Virus record (IMG/VR): IMGVR_UViG_3300037451_000035
Coordinates: 10,497-74,496 of that record
Direction: 5' to 3' (one strand)
From: a virus
DNA: 64,000 nt
A program made the position numbers and the translations under genes. Each line of letters begins with the position of its first letter. Position 1 is the stretch's first letter. Below the pieces are notes generated by a model. The model did no database searches. It worked only from the letters and a program-made list of their open reading frames with translations, and was not told where the DNA came from. This document shows, piece by piece, positions 55,475 through 64,000 of this stretch.

Positions 55475-57052
55475 TCAAGCCCGCGGAGGATGCGCGCCGT
55501 TACCTTTGCGGTTCAAGGCTTTCGGTGGCCGCTCGCGCGATTGCATCATGGCGACGAGATCGCCCACCGATTCGTCGTAGGCCGCACGCCCGCGCTTCGG
55601 TCGAGTGCGCGCCGAATCGGCCGCCGCAAACGGCTTCGGCATGTTCGGCCCCTCGACCGGCACCGGCGGCTCGTAATCGCGCAGCGCTTCAATGTCGAGA
55701 ATGATCTTGTTTTGAAACAGGAACTCGTTCTCGTTGATCGTATCGCACGCCCATTCGATCAGCGTCGCCTTGTTCTCCGGGTCGAGCTCTGGCGCCAGCA
55801 CTTCGACCCAGGCGATCGCCGCCTTCAGCTTGACGTCGTCGGTCTTGACCTTCTCGCTGTCCGGCTCCTTCAGCAGATTCGGCCATTCCGCCTTGAAGCT
55901 GTTGGCCCAGCGATAGAACGCGTCGTCGAACTCGACGTCGGCATATTCGGGAAATTCGTTTTGCACCGCCTGATAAAATTCCTTCGTCCAGGCGCGGCGC
56001 ATGACGATCGGATCGAAGAAGTCATAGACCGGCTGCAGATCGCGGCGGAACGAATCAATATAGCCGGCGACAAGCTTGGCGTCCTCGGTGCCCTCGCCGA
56101 AGCCTTCCGCGAAAGTCTCTTGCTTCAGGATGATCGCCGGCATGTCGGCCGCGGTCGCGATGTTCTCCAGAATGTTCTCCCGCGCCATACCATAGGCGCC
56201 GTCGATATTCTGCATGTTGAGCGTCTCGATCTTCTCGTCGATGCCGATGCTGATCACGTTGTCATTGACGGCGGTCGCCTGCTTGATGAAAAGCCGCTTC
56301 ATCGCCGCCGAGGCCTGCATGATCTTGTCGATGATTGCGCCGGCCGTCTTCAGCATGGCGACAAAGACGCCCGCCTTCTTGGTGATCAGGTCGTCCGTCA
56401 TCATCGTCTGGATGAAGGATTTGAGCGGGAATAGCGCGCGCTGAAATACCGAGCGGCCGACGAAGCCGAAGGCCGACGCCGTATAGCTGATATAGACCGG
56501 GCGCTCGTGCATTAGCGTCACGGTGCGCGAGCGGTGAAAGACCTTGCCGTTTACCGCAATGCCGACGACCTTCATAAAGTCGATGGACAGCGGATCTTGA
56601 TTGAGCACCAGCGAGCCGGCGGTATTGAGCGGATCGAAGATCGACCATGCGATCGACAAGTCGGGGAGCTTCTTCAGCGGCAGCGGCGTGTCGGGGTCCA
56701 GCTTCTCGGCGACCAGCGCCAGCGAGCCGATGCCATAGGCGCGCGCGACGGACACCAGCGAATAGATCGCGCTGTCGACGCCGTCATTTTTCCATTGCTC
56801 GCGGAATTTATCCCGCACGCGCTCTTCGGGACTGTTGGGAATTGAAATTGTTCGCTCTTGGCTTTGGGCCGTCTTGATCGGCCCTTCCACCATTTTGCGC
56901 CCCAGTGGGTGGTATAACCACAAGGTCTTACAGGTTTCATAGGACGGCGGATCGCCCGGCTCGATATCGGGCGCGATCAGCAAATCGGTCAGCGCGTTGC
57001 CGAGGCCCGAGCCGTTGACGTTGACGGTGCTGCTGCGGAGAAATCCGAGCAC
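55475..57052 (-). CDS. Portal protein (DUF1073-like)
   Basis: Follows terL; ARAYG, GRSVFQR, IATAADMP...L...GFGEGTED. Confidence 0.88.
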   Translation of the reverse strand: MLGFLRSSTVNVNGSGLGNALTDLLIAPDIEPGDPPSYETCKTLWLYHPLGRKMVEGPIKTAQSQERTISIPNSPEERVRDKFREQWKNDGVDSAIYSLVSVARAYGIGSLALVAEKLDPDTPLPLKKLPDLSIAWSIFDPLNTAGSLVLNQDPLSIDFMKVVGIAVNGKVFHRSRTVTLMHERPVYISYTASAFGFVGRSVFQRALFPLKSFIQTMMTDDLITKKAGVFVAMLKTAGAIIDKIMQASAAMKRLFIKQATAVNDNVISIGIDEKIETLNMQNIDGAYGMARENILENIATAADMPAIILKQETFAEGFGEGTEDAKLVAGYIDSFRRDLQPVYDFFDPIVMRRAWTKEFYQAVQNEFPEYADVEFDDAFYRWANSFKAEWPNLLKEPDSEKVKTDDVKLKAAIAWVEVLAPELDPENKATLIEWACDTINENEFLFQNKIILDIEALRDYEPPVPVEGPNMPKPFAAADSARTRPKRGRAAYDESVGDLVAMMQSRERPPKALNRKGNGAHPPRA

Positions 57053-57055
57053 GGA

Positions 57056-57517
57056 TTATCCTTGCTGCTGCTGGCGAAAGGCTGGACGCGCCGGGGGCGG
57101 CGCCGGCTTGACCGGCTGGGCTTTGAGCGCGGTGAGGAACGTTTCCTTAATCGTCGCGCGCGCCTTGAAGACGGGGACGATATCGCCGGCCATGGCCTCG
57201 CCGATCAGCTTGGCGAAGACCCGCGCATAGGACCGCAAGATCACGTCGGGCGGCAATCCGCCGGTCGATACCATCAGGCCGCGCAGCCCGATGCCCACGA
57301 ATTGCAAGAGCGTGGCGTCAAGGAAGGCTTCGGCTTTCTCTTGGCCCATCGTTCCGACCGCGGCGGCCGTGAAGTCGGCTCGGGATTTTTCGAGCGCGGC
57401 GTTCGTGCGCTCGATTTCTTCGATCTCTTCGCGCGTCAGGCCGGGAAGCGGCTCGCTCGCCGTATCGAGCATATTGCCGTTCACGGCGGCATTGTCGGCT
57501 TTGTCGTCGTCGGTCAT
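57056..57517 (-). CDS. Hypothetical protein
   Basis: AAACAGGGG RBS. Confidence 0.6.
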   Translation of the reverse strand: MTDDDKADNAAVNGNMLDTASEPLPGLTREEIEEIERTNAALEKSRADFTAAAVGTMGQEKAEAFLDATLLQFVGIGLRGLMVSTGGLPPDVILRSYARVFAKLIGEAMAGDIVPVFKARATIKETFLTALKAQPVKPAPPPARPAFRQQQQG

Positions 57518-57533
57518 TTTGGTTTCCCCTGTT

Positions 57534-57701
57534 TCAGAATGCGCGCCGCCGCGGCGGTGCCGGAGGCGGCGGGTGGATATGGCTGGTATGCCGGGCGATC
57601 AGCGCCCGAATCGTTCCCCAGGCCGCCAGAAACGCGATGAGGAACAGCACCGCGAACAATGCCGCCGCAAGCATCCCGCCGACCCATGTCATAGCGCTCA
57701 T
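57534..57701 (-). CDS. Small membrane protein (55 aa)
   Basis: Hand-translated MSAMTWVGGMLAAALFAVLFLIAFLAAWG...; TGATG coupling to terL. Confidence 0.5.
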   Translation of the reverse strand: MSAMTWVGGMLAAALFAVLFLIAFLAAWGTIRALIARHTSHIHPPPPAPPRRRAF

Positions 57702-59068
57702 CAGAAGCCCTCGGCATTTCCAAGCGCGATAGCGATCGCATAGACCGCAGCATCCAGCGCGTCATCCTGCCTTGTAGCATCTTTGTCGCCGACCCGAAAA
57801 CCCGTCAATTGGCTCATCAGGTGGTTTCGGCTGGTGCCCTTGTAGTTTGTGACCTTCTCATAGGCCGGGCGGCAAATCTTAACCATTTCCCTATAGACGT
57901 ATCCGCTCACCGAAATGCACCGCTCGTCCTTGCCGACCTTGGTCAGCGGCGATTCGATTGGGAAAGCCGGCCAGCCGCGCCGCGCCGCTTGCTGCAGCAA
58001 GATCATCCCCGACGACGCGTCCTCGATAAAGACGCCGAGGCTTCCGCGCACGGCACAACATTTCGCGGCCAGCGCTTCGAGGTTTTGGAAAACCGTCGGC
58101 AACCAGGTCTCCAGCAAAGCGCCCTCGATCTGGACGAGATCCCAATCGAGGAAGATCAGGCGATAGGGCGGCCCGACGATGCCGTCGGGCCCGACCGGCC
58201 GAACATGGTTGCGAATCAGCGCGACAAGGACGACCGCCGTGCCGTCGTTGGCTTTGCCGGTCTTGGTGGCCGAATCGATCACGCCATAGACCGCCTCGCA
58301 GCGAATCGGCATGTCGACCGGCTGGCCGTCGACCAGGAATTTCTCGCGAGCGAAGAAGGCGTCCCCCGAAAAGTCCACAAATTCCGCGAGGTATTCCTGC
58401 TGATAGACCAGTGGGTGATTGTCTCGCGCCAGCGACTCGACGTCGGCCCGCGGCAAATAGGGATTTGATCGCGTCGGCGCATGGAACTGGATGAAGCCGT
58501 GATCTGGGTTGTGGCAGATATCGTAGAGGAAATTCTCCGGGTCGATGCCGTTGGTGTTCGACATGACCAGCGCTCGGCCGGCATAATCGAGCAGCGTCGG
58601 CTTGATCGACTTCGTCCAGATATCAATGGTCTTTGGCTTTGAGAACGCCGCCTCGTCGATGATGACCCGGTGATATTTACGGCCTCGGCCGGCGTATTCG
58701 TCCTCCAGCGACCAAAAATCTATCACGCCTCCGGTAATGGTCCGGATGACGTGCTCGGTCTTTGACGTGCCGCTCTTTTCGATTGGGCTGAGCATTTCGC
58801 GGATGGCGTTAAAGGATTCGGCTGCACGCCGGTTTTCGGGCGCGAACCAGCCGACATACCGGCCCTTGGTGGCATCGTCGGCGGCGACAGCTTCACCGAT
58901 CACGTTCTTGCCCCAGCGCCGCCCGCAGCGGGCCGCTACAAAGCGGGCTTGCGACATGAGCCATCGAAGCTTTGCTTGCGCCGGAAAGAATGTCGGCAGG
59001 CGCACCCTCGCCGTCTGCGCCTCGAAGGGGACGACGTCGGCAAGGGGCGAACGGCTGGGGAAAGGCAT
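57701..59068 (-). CDS. terL: Terminase large subunit
   Basis: CGRRWGK Walker A, VIIDEAAF Walker B, QQEYLAEF, RNase H-like D...D, DDALDA. Confidence 0.95.
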   Translation of the reverse strand: MPFPSRSPLADVVPFEAQTARVRLPTFFPAQAKLRWLMSQARFVAARCGRRWGKNVIGEAVAADDATKGRYVGWFAPENRRAAESFNAIREMLSPIEKSGTSKTEHVIRTITGGVIDFWSLEDEYAGRGRKYHRVIIDEAAFSKPKTIDIWTKSIKPTLLDYAGRALVMSNTNGIDPENFLYDICHNPDHGFIQFHAPTRSNPYLPRADVESLARDNHPLVYQQEYLAEFVDFSGDAFFAREKFLVDGQPVDMPIRCEAVYGVIDSATKTGKANDGTAVVLVALIRNHVRPVGPDGIVGPPYRLIFLDWDLVQIEGALLETWLPTVFQNLEALAAKCCAVRGSLGVFIEDASSGMILLQQAARRGWPAFPIESPLTKVGKDERCISVSGYVYREMVKICRPAYEKVTNYKGTSRNHLMSQLTGFRVGDKDATRQDDALDAAVYAIAIALGNAEGF

Positions 59069-59677
59069 CTATTCGCCGACGGCTTTCGGAAGAATCGCCG
59101 GCGGCTGTTCTTCTTCGGCTTTGATGACGCCCTCCATCCCGGCCTTCAATTCAAGGATTTCGCCCTTCGGCGCTGGCGCTGTGAAATCGTCGGCCATGCC
59201 GCCCTCGATCACCACCTTCGTCACCACCGAGGCGCCGACCACCATCGCCGAATAGCGCGGGCTCTGATAGGCGGCTGCGGCGATTGCGGTGTCCTTTGCC
59301 AGCACGCCATATTCTTTGAACTTGGCCTCGTTGAAATTCGGATTGGCGTTCCGAAGCGCACCGTTCTCGTCGCGCACCCAATCCGGCCACGGCTGATAAT
59401 AGGCCGCCAGCCCCGCGAACAGGGAGGCGAAGTCGAAGGCGATGTCCTTCATCAGCCTTTGGCCGGTGATCGCCGCGCGCTGGACGTCATCCTTCGCTCC
59501 AGCCGCCAGCCGTTCGAGCTCGGCCACCTTGGCAAGGTCCGCAGCCGCCCTAGCCTCGCGCTCCAGCGTCGCTTTGTTCTTGGAGCCCTTCCTACGGCCA
59601 GCCGGCCGAGTGCCCTTGGGCGGGCCCGGCTTGCGGCGTGGCGGGGCTTCTGACGGGGTTTTGTCGGGATCGGACAT
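59069..59677 (-). CDS. terS: Probable terminase small subunit
   Basis: Directly upstream of terL; GRRKGSKNKAT, AAAYQSPR. Confidence 0.6.
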   Translation of the reverse strand: MSDPDKTPSEAPPRRKPGPPKGTRPAGRRKGSKNKATLEREARAAADLAKVAELERLAAGAKDDVQRAAITGQRLMKDIAFDFASLFAGLAAYYQPWPDWVRDENGALRNANPNFNEAKFKEYGVLAKDTAIAAAAYQSPRYSAMVVGASVVTKVVIEGGMADDFTAPAPKGEILELKAGMEGVIKAEEEQPPAILPKAVGE

Positions 59678-59854
59678 GTGCCCGATCATAGAATAGGTTC
59701 GAATAGGATAGCGAGAGGCGCTCGGCTTAGGGAACCGTTAAACATTCGGTGCGAAAGTGTCCTCGTGCATGAAACGGGGTTCCGATGAATAAATTGCGGC
59801 TGATCTGGATGTTGCTGGGGCCGGAGGAATTGGTGGCTCTGGCGGCTTTTCTCG

Positions 59855-60136
59855 CTACGCTGGCGTTATGGGCGGCGACCCTATCGCTGCTTTTCGGCTA
59901 GGCTCTTTTCCCGAACAGCACGGCCCGAGCCATAGGCGTCCGCGGGCGCCGCCGTCGCGCTCCAGCCAGCCGGCGCCCATTGCCAGCTTGTGGCAACCGA
60001 CGAAGCCTTCGGGATGCCGGAAGATCGCGACATCGGCCGGGAACATGCCGTGCCCGTCGCCATCACAAACCAGAAACACGCTGATCGGCCGAGGGGGTGC
60101 CGCGGATTCGTCGTCGCATTGAATCCTGATGCCCAT
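59855..60136 (-). CDS. Hypothetical protein
   Basis: TGATG-coupled; CD...AGW...GPCC. Confidence 0.5.
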   Translation of the reverse strand: MGIRIQCDDESAAPPRPISVFLVCDGDGHGMFPADVAIFRHPEGFVGCHKLAMGAGWLERDGGARGRLWLGPCCSGKEPSRKAAIGSPPITPA

Positions 60137-60318
60137 CAGACTTTCACGCCGATCTTATCGGCCAGCGAGCGCTCGGCCTCGATTTGCGTCTGTCCCCAAT
60201 CGCGCGGGCTTTTCTCGTCATGCTCGGCGCCTTCGAGATAGGCCATCCAGTGGAAGAAATGTTGCCCGGTCCAGCGGATGCCGGGCTCGACGAAGATCGT
60301 TTTGATTTTTGCGGCCAT
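60136..60318 (-). CDS. Hypothetical protein
   Basis: GAGG RBS; WGQT..EA...L. Confidence 0.5.
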   Translation of the reverse strand: MAAKIKTIFVEPGIRWTGQHFFHWMAYLEGAEHDEKSPRDWGQTQIEAERSLADKIGVKV

Positions 60319-60861
60319 CAGGCTCTACCTCTATTTAGCAAGCGCCGCGATACCCATAAAGGCGGCGGCACTCGCAAGAAAACGGGACGCCGTGCTCCGC
60401 TTGCCAGACGCATTGATTGTAGGTCTGCCACACTGACCAAGCGCAGGCGACGCTAGGATAAAGCCCAGCGCCCGCGAGCAAGAGTGCGCCCAAAAATAGT
60501 TTGACCATCTTCATTCTCCCGCCGTTTCACGTGAAACCTGAAGGCAACCGGGGACCGCCTCGAAAAATCCTTCGGTGAGTGACCAGCCGAAGGTGGGCGG
60601 TGATTGAGCGCGGCCCCCAGCCCCGTCGAAATAGTGCCACGCTTTGCACCGTGGCGGGATGGCCCAGAATGCCCGGCGATGGTCTCCGTGTGCAAATCGG
60701 CCGGGGTTTTCAACGGCCGTGCTTCGTGGTGAGGGTGTCGAGACCGCGTGCTGGGCGAACCAAGCGAATCAGAGATTAGAGAAAATCGCCGCGGACGGCT
60801 ATAGCCACGCGGCGCAACTTACAATAATCTATTCAGCCTTGGGGATAAGGGCTGGATTTCA

Positions 60862-61512
60862 GTGGCAAATCGCACCGATCTTTTCCTTGCAAAAATCACC
60901 GTCGACCCGGAGCGCGGCTGTTGGTTGTGGACGGCGCACGTCAACAAGGTCCATGGCTACGGCCAATTCTGGGACGGCGAGCGCGTCGTCGGAGCGCATG
61001 TCTATTCCTTCCGCCGCTTCAACGGGCCATTGCCCGAGGGCCATGAGCCCGACCACCTTTGCCGTGTTCGGCGCTGCGTCCATCCCGATCATTTGGAGGG
61101 CGTGACGCGGCGCGAAAATCTGTTGCGCGGCGATACCATCCCAGCGCGCAAGGCGGCGCAATTGACGTGCGAGCGCGGCCACCCGCTGGCCGGCGACAAT
61201 CTCTACCGCAATAGGAACGGAACGCGCGCTTGCCGGCTTTGCCGCGCGGCATGGAATCGAGCGTGGGCCGACGACAATCGGGCTCGTCGCCGCGAAATTG
61301 ATCGTGAATCTTATCGCCGCAGACGCGGCAAAACAGGGAGCAAGCGAAATGTCAAAGTCAGGAAATCCGATAGATCGGCACGTCGGCGCCCGGGTCCGGA
61401 TGCGAAGAATGATGCTCGGAATGAGTCAGGAAAAGGTCGGCGACGCGCTGGGCGTCACCTTTCAACAACTGCAGAAAAACGAACGGGGCGACAACAGGAT
61501 AGGCGCCAGTAG
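60862..61512 (+). CDS. HNH endonuclease with C-terminal Zn-binding module
   Basis: GCWLW...GYG, AH, DHLCRVRRCVHPDHLE.VT..EN, C.RGH...CRLC. Confidence 0.88.
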   Translation: MANRTDLFLAKITVDPERGCWLWTAHVNKVHGYGQFWDGERVVGAHVYSFRRFNGPLPEGHEPDHLCRVRRCVHPDHLEGVTRRENLLRGDTIPARKAAQLTCERGHPLAGDNLYRNRNGTRACRLCRAAWNRAWADDNRARRREIDRESYRRRRGKTGSKRNVKVRKSDRSARRRPGPDAKNDARNESGKGRRRAGRHLSTTAEKRTGRQQDRRQ

Positions 61513-61765
61513 GCTACAGCAACTTTCGAACATTCTTCAGGTGCCGGTCTCGTTCTTCTTCGAGGGCGCGCCTGGAGCAGCGGCAATCGGCAAGCCCACG
61601 GCGCCGGATATCACGACGACGTTTTTCTCGCTTTCGCACGCCCGCGATCTCGCCGAGCATTTCGTCGCGATCGAGAATATCACCGAGCGGCGCATCCTGG
61701 TCGACGTCGCCAAGGCAATCGCCGACGGGCATCGGCTGGCGAGCAACGCGCGCAAGCGCGCATAA
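61349..61765 (+). CDS. XRE-family HTH transcriptional regulator
   Basis: PIDRHVGARVRMRR..LGMSQEK.GDALGVTFQQ.QK.ERG.NRIGASRL. Confidence 0.92.
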   Translation: MSKSGNPIDRHVGARVRMRRMMLGMSQEKVGDALGVTFQQLQKNERGDNRIGASRLQQLSNILQVPVSFFFEGAPGAAAIGKPTAPDITTTFFSLSHARDLAEHFVAIENITERRILVDVAKAIADGHRLASNARKRA

Positions 61766-61768
61766 GCC

Positions 61769-62182
61769 GTGTCCTCGACGGCTCCGAAATTCGAGCGCGT
61801 CGTCCGCGACGTGCTGATCGAGCACATCGACGGCGGCGCGGTTCCTTTCTCCGCGCCGCCGCATTCCCGTCGCCGCCATGCGTTCCGCGTGCTGATCCTC
61901 GCCGGCTATCTGACCGCCGAAGGTCCGGACATGGCGCCGACCAGGACCACGATCACCGATCGCGGCCGCAATTATCTCGCCAAGCTGATCGCGGCCGAGG
62001 CGCACGCCATTGCGCCGGCCATGGAAAACCTCGTCCAGCGGGCAATCGAGATCACGCGGCTGGCCGCCGCCTTGGCTCCTTTCCTGCAGCAATGGGCAGA
62101 GATCGAATTACCGACGATTCCGCGGCGCGGCTGGCGGAAGGGCCGCAAAAGACCGAAAAAGCATGGTCTTTCCGAGGGTTAA
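61769..62182 (+). CDS. Hypothetical (winged-helix-like) protein
   Basis: LILAGYL...TITDRGR.YL. Confidence 0.5.
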   Translation: MSSTAPKFERVVRDVLIEHIDGGAVPFSAPPHSRRRHAFRVLILAGYLTAEGPDMAPTRTTITDRGRNYLAKLIAAEAHAIAPAMENLVQRAIEITRLAAALAPFLQQWAEIELPTIPRRGWRKGRKRPKKHGLSEG

Positions 62183-62273
62183 ACCTCGGTCTTTTCCCTT
62201 GAACTTTGGCGCGGTCTGCGGGTGACTGCCCTACCGGCTCGGGAATCGAGCCGCGAAACAGGGGATTTTACCA

Positions 62274-62465
62274 ATGATCGCGAAACGCCATATTCTCGCT
62301 AACGCCCTTCGTGTTGCTGCTGAGCAATACGCCAATGACGCTAAAACCACCGCAGCGGTTCCGGGCCATGATCGGCTCGCTTTGCAATTCAAGGCGCAAG
62401 CCGGCGACGCACTTTCGCTCGCCGATCAGATCGAACAAGCCGACACGATTGCGCTGGAGGATTAA
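62274..62465 (+). CDS. Hypothetical protein
   Basis: AAACAGGGG RBS. Confidence 0.6.
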   Translation: MIAKRHILANALRVAAEQYANDAKTTAAVPGHDRLALQFKAQAGDALSLADQIEQADTIALED

Positions 62466-62542
62466 GTCATGGCCGCACCATACGCCTCAATCGACGCGCT
62501 GATCTCGCACGAGAACTGGCGCCGGCAATCGGAGCTAGACCG

Positions 62543-62878
62543 ATGAGCGCCGGGCACAAGTGGAAGCCGCTGGAGCGGGCGCGCATGATCGCGCCCACTC
62601 CGGCAATGGTCCAAGCATGGGCCGAGAGCTACGGCCTCGATATGGTGACCGCGCTCCAGCGCGCCGCCGGCCACGCCGCCAATCTCGAAGATGCCGGCAA
62701 GGCAATTCTGAAGGAAGTCAAAAAGGCGGAACGCGACAAGAAAGCCGAGCGCCTTGCGCGTCTTCGCAAACTGAAGGAGAGCACCGTGACCATAGGCCCG
62801 AAAGAAACGGCCTTCCGCGCTCAGCGCGCGGCGGCGCCACCGAAAAAGCCGCACGCTCTTTCACGACGGAGCGTTTGA
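62543..62878 (+). CDS. Hypothetical protein
   Basis: ORF in context. Confidence 0.45.
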   Translation: MSAGHKWKPLERARMIAPTPAMVQAWAESYGLDMVTALQRAAGHAANLEDAGKAILKEVKKAERDKKAERLARLRKLKESTVTIGPKETAFRAQRAAAPPKKPHALSRRSV

Positions 62879-63053
62879 AAAGCACGACCTTCCGACGCTG
62901 GCCGAGGCCAAGCGGAAGGGCGAAGAAATGGAGGCTGACCAAATCCTCCAGAAGAAGCCGCACCGCGGCTATCTCGTCTACGCGGTCCTGAAGGACGGGC
63001 GCTCCGTTCCGGTCTCGCGTTCCTATCAACCCGCGCCCGCACAGGAGTCTGCT

Positions 63054-63417
63054 ATGGCGAAAGCCATCACAAAGAAAACGCCGAAGCCGGCGGCGAAGAA
63101 GCCGGCCAGCGCCCGCGCCAAGTCCAAGGCGTCGAGCGAGAACGCCCGCAAGGCGGTCGGGAAGAACGCCCGCTACGACTGGAACGGTGCCGCCGAGAAA
63201 GCGGCGAACGGCACCTTTGCCGGCCAAGCTGGACTTCTCGGCGGAGACGCACGCGCGCTTCCGTCCCCGGCTGGCGGAGGTCGAAAAGCTGGCCGCCGAC
63301 AAGGACATCGCCGGCTTGAAGAAATGGAAATACGATGGCTTTGCCGGCACCAGCGTCAAGTCGATCCTGCGCTGGCGCGATCTGGCCGTCACCGCGCTGG
63401 AGGCGAAGGCGGCTTAG
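63054..63417 (+). pseudogene. Lys/Ala-rich protein split by a one-base insertion near 63217
   Basis: AGGAG RBS MAKAITKK...AANGT joins LPAKLDFSAETHARF...RDLAVTALEAKAA if one T is removed. Confidence 0.6.
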
Positions 63418-63878
63418 GCGCCGCCGCCGCCACGTTCCAGAAGAGGATGCGGCCGGGCCCATGCCCGGCCGTAGCCGTTTCCCAGGCTTTCGCTTCGTAG
63501 TGCGGGTCGGCCGGGAACGGCGGGACGCTCAAAGCCTCGGCACCGAAGGCCCGCTTGTGCACATGGATTGTCGCGCCAGCGACGTCAGCGGGCTCGAGCG
63601 TGCGGCCGACTTGGACAACATGCCGGCGGGCCTTGGGCCACGCCAGCGCCAGCCCGCGGGCCAGCACGCCCGATCCTGATGCGCACCAGACCTCGTCGGG
63701 CTTCTCGCCGGTCGCCAAGGCCGCCTGCCGAATGATGTCGATGGCCTCGGGAAGATCGGCGCCGAAGGGCACCAGATAGGCGCCAGCCGCCGCCGCATAG
63801 GTCTTTGCCCGCGCCTGGATCACGTTGAGATAGCCGGGCGAGATTTGTACCACGCGGCCGCCGAGCGCTTTGACCTGG
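63389..63878 (-). pseudogene. C-terminal part of a PLP-dependent (TrpB-like fold II) phage protein
   Basis: ALGGRVV, LVPFG, DEVWCASGSGVLARGL, PHYEAKAW, LFWNVA; N-terminus missing. Confidence 0.55.
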
Positions 63879-63949
63879 AACGCTCCGCTCGGCGACAAGA
63901 AGCGCTCGGCGGCGCCGCCCATGCAGGCCCCGGCCAGCGTGCAAGGCGA

Positions 63950-64000
63950 GTGATCGTTCTCGGCATCGACCCGGGCCTATCTGGCGCCCTCGCCTTCGTC
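63950..64000 (+). CDS. RuvC-like Holliday junction resolvase, 5' end only
   Basis: GTG ATC GTT CTC GGC ATC GAC CCG GGC... translates to MIVLGIDPGLSGALAFV. Confidence 0.65.
   Translation, partial: MIVLGIDPGLSGALAFV

Larger units (their letters stand above)
1..64000. mobile_element. Myovirus-type phage/prophage genome segment (ends not seen)
   Basis: Ordered terminase-portal-gpF-protease-capsid-neck-sheath-tube-TMP-baseplate-fibre-lysis module plus phage recombination genes; no host housekeeping genes. Confidence 0.97.

Noticed and set aside
55475-57052. Anti-CBASS Acb1 label sometimes attached to this family
   Set aside because: Position and motifs fit a portal, and no fused HxT/HxT phosphoesterase domain was seen.
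1-64000. Integrase, att sites, tRNA genes
   Set aside because: None recognised by eye, so lifestyle cannot be determined from this window.

Overview
The whole window is a GC-rich tailed phage or prophage with a contractile (myovirus-type) tail. The host is probably an alphaproteobacterium (Hyphomicrobiales-like), judged from the porin and XRE protein styles. No integrase, att site, tRNA, rRNA or CRISPR array was recognised. Layout: (i) 610-14.8 kb, + strand early/accessory genes (HIRAN, ERF annealase, YqaJ exonuclease, HNH, HerA-like ATPase, adenine methylase). This region is interrupted by an IS1595-family element carrying a NADAR gene, with a second transposase-less IS1595-type cassette nested in its right end. 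It finishes with a truncated RAMP-like gene followed by a 26-unit GGY-NN pentamer array. (ii) 14.8-60.3 kb, - strand late operon: terS, terL, portal, intein-containing gpF, NUDIX-DUF2213 protease/scaffold, capsid, neck, a glycosyltransferase-like/methyltransferase cassette, sheath, tube, chaperone, tape measure, baseplate, tail-fibre-like proteins with signal peptides, lysis genes and a porin. (iii) 60.9-64 kb, + strand HNH, XRE and small genes, ending at an apparent rearrangement junction. The most notable items are the GGY-NN array, an intein whose endonuclease is encoded on the opposite strand, and the nested IS cassette. All domain calls come from motifs recognised by eye, not from database searches.
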